Shown: positions 17,386-24,530 of the stretch, piece after piece | Numbering within the stretch: the stretch's first letter is position 1 | How the letters are laid out: each line of letters begins with the position of its first letter | Program-made: the position numbers and the translations under genes | The notes under the pieces: generated by a model | The model's input: the letters and a program-made list of their open reading frames with translations, nothing else | Database searches by the model: none | What the model was told of the DNA's origin: nothing | Source: a bacterium | GTDB taxonomy: Bacteria > Zhuqueibacterota > Zhuqueibacteria > Oceanimicrobiales > Oceanimicrobiaceae | Reading direction: 5' to 3' | DNA: 24,530 nucleotides | NCBI GenBank assembly: GCA_046757025.1 | Contig: JBHHXN010000072.1 | Coordinates: 1-24,530 of the forward strand

Positions 17386-18780
17386 ATGAGCCATCGCATT
17401 GAAAAAGATACCATGGGAACCATCGAGGTGCCCGCGGACAAGTACTGGGGCGCGCAGACCCAGCGCTCGTTAGGCAATTTCAAAATCGGCGGACAGCGCA
17501 TGCCCATCGAAATTATCCACGCTTTTGCCATACTCAAAAAAGCCGCCGCCCTCACCAATTTCGAGGCCGGCATCCTGCCCGAAGACAAAGCGCAGATCAT
17601 CGCGCAGGTATGCGGTGAGATTTTGGCGGGTAATTTGGACGAGCACTTTCCGCTGGTGGTGTGGCAAACCGGCTCCGGCACCCAGTCCAACATGAACGTC
17701 AACGAAGTGATCTCCAATCGCGCCATCGAGTTGCTGGGCGGTGAAATGGGCTCGAAAAATCCCATCCATCCCAACGACGACGTCAACAAGTCGCAATCTT
17801 CAAACGACACCTTTCCAACCGCCATGCATATCGCCGCCTACAAATTGCTCACGGAAAACACCTTGCCGAAACTCCAGGCTTTGCACGACACGTTGGCTGC
17901 GAAAGCCAAAGATTTCATATCCATCGTCAAAATTGGCCGCACGCATTTGATGGATGCCACGCCCCTCACGCTCGGTCAGGAATTTTCTGGATACGCATCG
18001 CAATTAAAGCACGGCATGCAGGCCATCAAGAATACTTTGCCGCATTTGTCCGAGCTGGCGCTGGGTGGCACCGCCGTGGGCACGGGCATCAACACGCCGC
18101 CGGGATTTGCTGAAAACGTGGCGAAAAAAATTGCCGAATTGACTGGCTTGCCGTTTGTGACCGCGGAGAACAAATTCGAATCCCTGGCCGCACACGATGC
18201 CATTGCCGAATCGCACGGAGCGTTAAAAACCGTGGCCGTGAGTTTGATGAAAATCGCCAACGATATTCGATTGCTCGCTTCCGGACCCCGCTGCGGCATC
18301 GGTGAGATCATGTTACCAGCCAACGAGCCCGGCTCCTCCATCATGCCCGGCAAAGTCAATCCCACACAGGCCGAAGCGCTGACCATGGTGGCGGCGCAGG
18401 TCATGGGCAACGACGTGGCCATCAACGTCGGCGGCATGAACGGACATTTTGAGCTGAACGTGTTCAAACCGGTGATGATCTACAATCTGCTCATGTCAGC
18501 AAGACTGATCGGAGACGCCTCCGAGTCGTTCAATAAAAATTGTGCAGTTGGCATCGAACCCAATCACGAAGCTATCAAAAAGAATCTGGAGAATTCGCTT
18601 ATGCTGGTCACCGCATTAAATCCCGTCATCGGCTACGACAAAGCGGCGGCGGTGGCGAAGAAAGCGCACCAGGAGGGCAGTACGTTGCGAGAGGCGGTAG
18701 TCAGCCTGGGGTATCTCACTGCAGAAGATTTCGATAAGCACGTGGTGCCGGAAAAAATGGTGGGCGAGCTGCCGAAATAA
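17386..18780 (+). CDS. fumC: Class II fumarate hydratase
   Basis: [59 protein letters not shown] and signature [16 protein letters not shown] gaggag. Confidence 0.98.
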   Translation: MSHRIEKDTMGTIEVPADKYWGAQTQRSLGNFKIGGQRMPIEIIHAFAILKKAAALTNFEAGILPEDKAQIIAQVCGEILAGNLDEHFPLVVWQTGSGTQSNMNVNEVISNRAIELLGGEMGSKNPIHPNDDVNKSQSSNDTFPTAMHIAAYKLLTENTLPKLQALHDTLAAKAKDFISIVKIGRTHLMDATPLTLGQEFSGYASQLKHGMQAIKNTLPHLSELALGGTAVGTGINTPPGFAENVAKKIAELTGLPFVTAENKFESLAAHDAIAESHGALKTVAVSLMKIANDIRLLASGPRCGIGEIMLPANEPGSSIMPGKVNPTQAEALTMVAAQVMGNDVAINVGGMNGHFELNVFKPVMIYNLLMSARLIGDASESFNKNCAVGIEPNHEAIKKNLENSLMLVTALNPVIGYDKAAAVAKKAHQEGSTLREAVVSLGYLTAEDFDKHVVPEKMVGELPK

Positions 18781-18789
18781 TCGTCTTTG

Positions 18790-18825
18790 AATCCCCGGTG
18801 ATCATTATTTCACCGGGGATTTTTT
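18790..18825 (+). terminator. Rho-independent terminator of fumC
   Basis: aatccccggtga-tcattatt-tcaccggggatt (12-bp stem) ending in a T-run, 9 nt after the stop. Confidence 0.9.
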
Positions 18826-19163
18826 CATTCTCACAAATCTATCTTGTTTTTACAAAACTTTCTACTTTAAAATGATGCTCTGTTCTCAAAAGTGAGAAAA
18901 AAGTGCTCTGTGTTCCTCTGATCTACACACATTGAGAGAGGAACCAGAATTCCAATTTCAAAAATTTCGTTTTTTTGTTGTAAAAGTATATGTTCAATAT
19001 TTTTATATAATTAGACTTAGTACTGGTCAATTATTTCGACTTTCATCCTAACCTATGCGGTCAATCACACACAATGGAATAAAAATTGCTTAATTAACCC
19101 AAACCCGAAATATCCGGCACATAACCGACGTTTTGAATATGGAAGCTGAAAAGGAGACTAATT

Positions 19164-19412
19164 GTGAATGACCAGGACGATTTCTTGAATAAGCCATTCC
19201 ACCAGCCTGCCGAATCCCAAAGCCACTCTTGTTTTGCTGTTCGCGATGGCGATTGGATTATTTTTCGCTGCTCCATCTGTGCAGATTACGAACGCAGAAT
19301 CAACTGGCGAACCGGTAAAATGAAGGTGCACAGTAAAAATTCCGCTCAAATTCGTCACAATGGCGTGTACCTGCCGAACGAATACAAAGAAGTCTATATG
19401 AATAGCAATTAA
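19164..19412 (+). CDS. Small hypothetical protein, possible Zn-binding (H-x-C...CxxC...H)
   Basis: Strong RBS aaggag (19151-19156) before GTG; HSC...DGDWIIFRCSICADYERRINWRTGKMK...RH. Confidence 0.7.
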   Translation: MNDQDDFLNKPFHQPAESQSHSCFAVRDGDWIIFRCSICADYERRINWRTGKMKVHSKNSAQIRHNGVYLPNEYKEVYMNSN

Positions 19413-19507
19413 TAGACTTGTACTTTATCGTTTAGTAAAAATCCAGTCCGCTTCAGGTAGGTGCCTCACATCTCATGCGCCCACCCAATCCAACTCCTGC
19501 CTGCGAA

Positions 19508-19815
19508 CAACTTTTTGAAAAAAGTTGCATGACCTCTTCCTTCGACTGCACTTCGAAGAAAAGCTCTTTTTTTGGGTTTTCAAACTTTAGGCTTGTGTGA
19601 AAAGTCAAACTCAGGGGTATTTGTCATTCCACACCTTGCGGGACTGGCAGGAGGCCTCTTTTTTTATTCGACGTAATGTGCTGTTTATTAAAAAGATTCT
19701 TCCAGAATGACTGTAGTGGCGAACTTGGTATTTAGTTGATGTTATGATTTTTCACACAGTCTCTACACTCAGAATGAAATTGGTAACAAAATTACCTTAC
19801 TCTGCGCAGGATGCT
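19508..19815. repeat. Cluster of degenerate palindromic/REP-like pieces with a nested inverted-repeat element
   Basis: Hairpin caacttttt-ga-aaaaagttg (19508-19527) and ccttcgactgcac (19539). Inverted repeat tgtgtgaaaagtca (19594-19607) / tgatttttcacaca (19745-19758) encloses gtcattc (19623) ... agattcttccagaatgac (19694-19711). ctcagaatga follows at 19768. Confidence 0.55.
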
Positions 19816-19880
19816 GTCACGCCCAAAATTCTCTTTTTTACTGAAATTCAAAGCCAAAACTTCTCTCACTCAAAATAGAT

Positions 19881-20843
19881 TCAATACACATTCAGAAACC
19901 CCACCTCCAGGTATTCATCCTCCGGGGTCGGGCCATTGCCTTCCTGACTGAACGACACGGCTGCTTCCAGAAGATAGGTGCCGATTTCCTGCAAAGCGAT
20001 GGCGCGGGTTTTCACGGGCACCATTTTAGCAGAAGGCAAAATCTCCTTGCTTTGCCCAACAATTTGTTTGGTACCCCCGGCCAGGCGTTTAGCATAAATT
20101 CTTACTGCCACATCGACCAGCTCTTCTGCAGTTAACTTCAAATCAGAAAGATCCATTTGGAACTGAATTTCAAAAGGCTGCTCCTGATGCAGCATGTTGC
20201 TGGGTTTGCGCGAACTTTCTGGCAGGATGACCACGTCCCGCAATCGTGAAACTTGCTGTGGTTTCCCCTCCCCTTCCAGCGCCTCCATTTCAGGCAAACT
20301 TTCTTTACCCACCTCTGACGTTTCCGCTTGTGTTTGCGAAGATTGAAAATTCACAGCTTCGTCTGGTAACTGCGGCAGGTGGTTGGAAATGAATTCAATG
20401 ATAACCTGTTCATCCAGACTTCCAAAGGCCTTTTTGTCTTTCGATAGCGGGTGTTTAATTCTACCCTGGTATTGTCCCTGGCGGGGATAAATATCGATTT
20501 GAAAAGTTGATTTGGAGGAGGAAATTTCCTTATCGATCAATTCCGTTTCGGTTTCCTGAGCCTGCTGGATTTCCAGTTTGTTCAGCTTGGCATTTAACTC
20601 CTCAAATTCATTTTGCAGATGCTGCCGTTGGCGTTCTGCCTCCCGTTGTTCAAGCCGGGACTCTTCAAGCTGTTTTTGTATTTCATCTATATTAGCGTTG
20701 GATTTTTGCAATGCTTTTGCATTTGCCACCAACTCAGATTCCAGCTTATCAATGGTTTTATTAGCCTCAAGCAATTCTTGCTGCAACTGGGCTTTGGTTT
20801 TACCATTTTGTTTTGCCGACGTTCCTTTTCCTGAAGCATTCAT
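19881..20843 (-). CDS. Hypothetical protein: N-terminal coiled coil, small alpha/beta domain, C-terminal beta-sandwich-like domain
   Basis: RBS cgaggt. Residues ~17-100 are a Q/E/K/L heptad-rich stretch; middle STFQIDIYPRQGQYQGRIKHPLS..KAF..LD...IEFI; C-terminal ...QPFEIQF...RIYAKRL...GTYLLEAAVSF...LNVY. Confidence 0.85.
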   Translation of the reverse strand: MNASGKGTSAKQNGKTKAQLQQELLEANKTIDKLESELVANAKALQKSNANIDEIQKQLEESRLEQREAERQRQHLQNEFEELNAKLNKLEIQQAQETETELIDKEISSSKSTFQIDIYPRQGQYQGRIKHPLSKDKKAFGSLDEQVIIEFISNHLPQLPDEAVNFQSSQTQAETSEVGKESLPEMEALEGEGKPQQVSRLRDVVILPESSRKPSNMLHQEQPFEIQFQMDLSDLKLTAEELVDVAVRIYAKRLAGGTKQIVGQSKEILPSAKMVPVKTRAIALQEIGTYLLEAAVSFSQEGNGPTPEDEYLEVGFLNVY

Positions 20844-20993
20844 GAAAGAACCTCGCTAATTTATTTTTTAAACGAAAATTGTTTAATCGGAATCATTCAG
20901 ATCCCCAAAAACAAAAAGCACAAATTCTGGTTTCATTAATTTATATGAGAACGGACAATTTTTTGACTCATTCACTGCAAAAACTTTAAATTC

Positions 20994-21028
20994 ATTTTGT
21001 CCTTTGTCCTTTGTCCCTTGTCCTTTGT
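20994..21028. repeat. Heptamer tandem array (CCTTTGT x4-5)
   Basis: attttgt cctttgt cctttgt cccttgt cctttgt. Confidence 0.85.
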
Positions 21029-21074
21029 ACTGATGGGTGCTGCGATGAAAATAGATTTCCCTTTCAGGCATAAT

Positions 21075-21116
21075 AAATCACGAAGGAGCCGAAACCAACC
21101 TGCTCCTTCGTGATTT
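21075..21116 (-). terminator. Strong hairpin downstream of 21215..21781 (terminator or processing/stability element)
   Basis: aaatcacgaaggagc, 12-nt loop, gctccttcgtgattt: a perfect 15-bp stem, T-rich on both exits. Confidence 0.7.
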
Positions 21117-21214
21117 TTGCTTTCATCAACATTTGTACTTTTTCCAAATCTGATGGAAAATTAAATCTCGCATCAATGTTAGAGAAAAGAATTCTACAAA
21201 TGGCAATTAAAAGA

Positions 21215-21781
21215 TTATGCTTTGTAGAACTGAACCAACCCGAAATCGGCAAATGCCGCGATGGGGGCTGGCTTGCCCGTGGGCCCGGCAAAAGTCAGGG
21301 TAGCCACCAGTCGGTAAACTCCCGGGTCGGTTACGGTATTTGCAGGAATGCTGACCGTATGTGAATAATCATGATTTTTCCCTGTAAAGGCCGAACCGCC
21401 GATCTCAAATTTGACTTTGCTTGGTGCCGGCAGCAGGCTGTCATCAAACTCTCCTTTACCCATTTGTTCCAGGTAAATTCTGGGCGTGTAGTTGCCGGAA
21501 ATCAGCGGGCAGAAATCGCCTTCATCAGTCCATTTAAAATCCACAGTCCATGGCTGATCGAGCTGAATCGCTTTGCTGTCGCGGTAAGCCCATTGAGAAT
21601 AGTACTTTGTAAATTCGCCCGTAGGTACCGAAGTTTTCTTTTTGGGATCCCATTTATATTGTTCATAGGCACTCCCTTCTTTGCCTTCGGCAAACCCAGC
21701 CGAAGAAGCGCCTTCAGATAAAGCAGCCGCACCGGCGAGACCAAAATGAGGCAACGAGTCCTCTAATTTAAAAGAAGCCAT
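21215..21781 (-). CDS. Hypothetical protein with a beta-sandwich-like domain
   Basis: RBS aaggag (21788-21793). IQLDQPWTVDFKW...RIYLEQMG...SIPANTVTDPGVYRLVATLTF...FADFGLVQFY. No clear signal peptide. Confidence 0.88.
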   Translation of the reverse strand: MASFKLEDSLPHFGLAGAAALSEGASSAGFAEGKEGSAYEQYKWDPKKKTSVPTGEFTKYYSQWAYRDSKAIQLDQPWTVDFKWTDEGDFCPLISGNYTPRIYLEQMGKGEFDDSLLPAPSKVKFEIGGSAFTGKNHDYSHTVSIPANTVTDPGVYRLVATLTFAGPTGKPAPIAAFADFGLVQFYKA

Positions 21782-21914
21782 ATCTTACTCCTTTATATAA
21801 ATATCTTTCGGGAACCAGTTCACCCCAAGCTATTTTATTTAGCTTTAGTTCCCAAAGATGTTTGTATGAATGAAATGAATTAAAATCTCCCGAGAGGAAT
21901 GTGAACGTAGCTCA

Positions 21915-21968
21915 AATATAAAGAAAAAAATTTAACCGGCGCTTAAAAGGCACTTAATTTGCACTTAA
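21915..21968 (-). promoter_or_regulatory. Putative SARP-type operator: four direct repeats with 11-bp period followed by a -10 box
   Basis: Minus strand reads TTAAGTGcaaa TTAAGTGcctt TTAAGCGccgg TTAAATT, 8 nt, TATATT (21920-21915). TTAA occurs at 21965, 21954, 21943 and 21932. No good -35. Confidence 0.7.
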
Positions 21969-23296
21969 AACAATTCCGCATTGACATTATCTTTTTTGAT
22001 TTGTTCATACAATTTCAGCGTGGTTTGTGTCGGGCTGACTTCCAGCTCCGATTCCAGGATTTCCGTACATTTCCGAAACTGCTTGATGGCTTTGTCTCTT
22101 TGTCCCAGGCGATAAAAGCACCACATGAGCCGGCGATGAATATCTTCCCGACAATTGTCTTTGAACAAAATATGCTCACACAGGTGGATGGCCGTGTCGG
22201 GTTTACCGTCCAGGCTGTAGTGCCGGCTGAGTCGATCCAAAATGACCAGATAAATTTCCTTGAGATTCTCCCGATCCAGCGTGGGCCAGTTTTCATACAG
22301 CTCTTCCTGCATGAAATCGGCGTTGTACAGCGCCGCTGCCAGCTCGTACTCGCTCAGGGCAGCCTGGGTATTTTTCTCTCTTTCAATGCTTTGCGCCACT
22401 TTCCAATGAAGAAGAAATTCTTCTACATCCAGCCAGATTTCAACCTCGGGATTCAAATAATAACATTCTTCTTTGAAAAGGATGTACTCGTGCAGCGGGT
22501 CACGCACCTGAAAGGTCTGACGCAATCCGTGCAAAGCCACATTCAGGCAATTGCGCGCGGAATCCGGTGTGGAGTCCGGCCAGAATTTGTCCATGAGGAT
22601 ATCCCGATAAATCCGCCTTTTATGATTGAAAGCCAGATAGGCAAAGATGGATCGCCCTTTTCGGCTGGGCCACGTTTGAATTTCGCTGGTCTTCAGAAAT
22701 GTGCGGAAGTTACCCAGAAAATGAACTTGCATTTTGGGCAGATTGACAATCACTGTGCAAGGCTGCTTTTCCGGTTTGTCAAAGCCAAGGCTTTTAAAGC
22801 GCCATTGCAGGAACTGTGCCAAACGCATCAGCCAGGATGGGTTGCCCGCGCTGTTCCCGCGTGCTGCCAGAATGTGCCAATTACTCGGTCTACCATTTTT
22901 TACCTTTTGATCGTTCAATTGTGGGTGAGGTTTATTTACCTCCAGCAGGCGTTTAACTCGGTCACACAGGATTTCTGGTTCGAGGGGTTTTTCGATGAAA
23001 TCTTTTGCGCCACTGCGAAATGCTTTGATGATGATCTCTTTCGTCGGTGCCGCAGCGACAAAAATGATTGGCAGCTCTGGCGCCACCCGATGCAATTTCT
23101 TCAACACCTCCAGGCCATCTTTATTTGGCAGGCAACGTGCAATGATCGCCAGCGTGATTTTATTTTTTTTCGCTAGCGCCACCGCCCTTTGTCCGCTGGG
23201 TACCCACAGCAACTGAACTTGACCGTCGAATTCCCTGGCCAGCAGTTGCATTGTCAGCTCATCTTCATCAATAACGAGAATTGATCGACCGTCCAT
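21965..23296 (-). CDS. Transcriptional regulator: atypical receiver + OmpR-type wHTH + BTAD (SARP family)
   Basis: REC fold (ILVIDED...LPNKDG...PIIFV...GAKDFIEKP). wHTH: VHFLGNF...WPSRKGRSIFAYL...RDILMDKFWPD...ARNCLNVALHGLR. BTAD: WLDVEEF...DNCREDIHRRLMWCF...G.R..A..QF..C...L..EL.V.P...T..LY. Confidence 0.93.
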   Translation of the reverse strand: MDGRSILVIDEDELTMQLLAREFDGQVQLLWVPSGQRAVALAKKNKITLAIIARCLPNKDGLEVLKKLHRVAPELPIIFVAAAPTKEIIIKAFRSGAKDFIEKPLEPEILCDRVKRLLEVNKPHPQLNDQKVKNGRPSNWHILAARGNSAGNPSWLMRLAQFLQWRFKSLGFDKPEKQPCTVIVNLPKMQVHFLGNFRTFLKTSEIQTWPSRKGRSIFAYLAFNHKRRIYRDILMDKFWPDSTPDSARNCLNVALHGLRQTFQVRDPLHEYILFKEECYYLNPEVEIWLDVEEFLLHWKVAQSIEREKNTQAALSEYELAAALYNADFMQEELYENWPTLDRENLKEIYLVILDRLSRHYSLDGKPDTAIHLCEHILFKDNCREDIHRRLMWCFYRLGQRDKAIKQFRKCTEILESELEVSPTQTTLKLYEQIKKDNVNAELF

Positions 23297-24144
23297 GACG
23301 TTTCCTGAACTTGAAAAATGAAAAATTTAATTGACCGCTTTTCAAAAACACTAAAACGATTTCCTACAAAGCGGATTTTCAGCTAATACGCAGATGTTTG
23401 ATTTCGTGAATGAAAAAAAATCACAAAGGGAAGAGACGTCTTTCTACTCTTCAAAACATTCCGAAGCCACTCAAAAACTTTTGACTTCAGGAAAGTGATT
23501 GCTCCCCAAACTGAAAAATAGCAATCAGGTAAAAAGAGGGCACTGCATGGAGGATAATTTAGAATGTTGATCTATATGAAAAAGAATTTCTCCTTCAAAC
23601 AGGAAAAATCTTATTTTTGCCCTGAAAAGACTTTGCACAAATATGCTGGCTTAACAATTAATTCTAATTTTACTTTTACACGGTTAAACTAGATAGCTTT
23701 CTTTGAAATTTTCAGACCGCAACAGGCATCGACAGACCATTCTCCCCGAGATGAGTTCACGATTTGATGAAAAATGGCAGGAAGGATATTCGAATGGTGA
23801 AAACAAAGAAATGCAAATCTTCAAATTTCAAGTAAATAATATAAAACGATTCTGCAAAAAGCAAGGATTTTTTAAAAATAAGTTTAAATGAACGGCTGTT
23901 AGGAAACCATACCCAATCATACATTTTGTGTGAGCAGTTCGTGCTTAAAGAAAGAAATCCTGAAAAACTGGCACACTCATCAGCAAATTAGAATCCGAAA
24001 AAAGGACTTTGATTTAAACCACTAAATTGTAACAATTCGTTTCAAACCTAAAAATATTTTGCATTTCAGTCATTTAATTCGTAGTTTTTTCATCTCACAA
24101 ATTTAATATAGTTCACAAAAATTCAACGTAAACCAGGTGGGCAT

Positions 24145-24530
24145 TTGTCCGGAATCAGAAACAATTGCACAGTGCTTGTGACACTTTTGATCTTGGGATT
24201 TGATGGTCAGATTTTTGCGGGAAAACACGGCGAAGATTCAAAAGACCAGACCAAACCCTATGTGCCGATGGTGGAGGCGATCAAAGTCGAGAAAGCGCCG
24301 GTCATCGATGGAGAGATTCTCCGCGAAGAAGTCTGGCAAGCTGCCAAACCAGTGACGCAGTTCTGGCAAACCACACCGAATGAAGGTGAAAAGGCTTCTG
24401 AGAAGACGGAAGTGCGGGTCATTTACACAACCGAAAACCTTTATTTTGGCGTCTATTGTTACGACAAAAATCCCAAGGGCATCATCGTTTCCGATAGCCG
24501 GCGGGATGCGTCACTCAATGAAACCGACTG
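24145..24530 (+). CDS. Secreted CBM9-like / DUF5916-type protein, truncated by the window end
   Basis: Not in the ORF track. TTG after aggtgg, a signal-like N-terminus, then APVIDGEI...VWQAA...FWQTTPNEGEKASEKTEVRVIY..ENLYFGVYCYD..P..I....RRD, open to the edge. Confidence 0.82.
   Translation, partial: MSGIRNNCTVLVTLLILGFDGQIFAGKHGEDSKDQTKPYVPMVEAIKVEKAPVIDGEILREEVWQAAKPVTQFWQTTPNEGEKASEKTEVRVIYTTENLYFGVYCYDKNPKGIIVSDSRRDASLNETD

Noticed and set aside
2845..18737. Many alternative-frame and antisense ORFs inside act/cox/fumC (e.g. 13835..14812, 6188..6820, 14664..15320)
   Set aside because: They fully overlap conserved genes and are expected from codon bias.
18875..18948. Small hairpins (gttcctct/agaggaac) after the fumC terminator
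   Set aside because: Short stems; cannot distinguish an ncRNA or repeat remnant from chance.
21959..23176. 405-aa + strand ORF
   Set aside because: Antisense shadow of the well-supported SARP regulator, with no recognisable motifs.
23651..23687. Second SARP repeat array upstream of the regulator
   Set aside because: Two TTAA are 33 bp apart, but the intermediate 11-bp positions do not match and the background is AT-rich.
23703..23891. 62-aa ORF (also 1652..1873, 7961..8173, 20883..21071, 21064..21291)
   Set aside because: No convincing RBS or motifs; several simply translate repeats or AT-rich spacer.

Overview
Bacterial genomic window with GC-richer coding regions and AT-rich spacers; a KSB1/Calditrichota-like origin is only my impression. 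The core is a complete + strand respiratory operon: alternative complex III (actABCDEFG), a SCO copper chaperone and an A2-type caa3 oxidase (coxBACD). It is flanked by a YheT-like hydrolase, fumC, several hypotheticals and a truncated CBM9/DUF5916-like gene. Two things stand out. (1) Operon junctions and other spacers carry nested inverted elements whose arms are short tandem repeats (7-, 9-, 10- and ~12-mers) plus REP-like palindromes. They enclose an intact GxxExxY nuclease-like gene, decayed four-helix-bundle and long-GxxExxY remnants, or nothing; an ORF6N remnant lies after the operon. At three junctions an overlapping start codon is left stranded. (2) A minus-strand module: a pseudo-receiver/SARP(BTAD) regulator, a 4 x 11-bp direct-repeat array with SARP-like spacing to a -10 box, and two unknown proteins that appear to share a paralogous beta-sandwich domain. 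I saw no rRNA, tRNA or CRISPR array.
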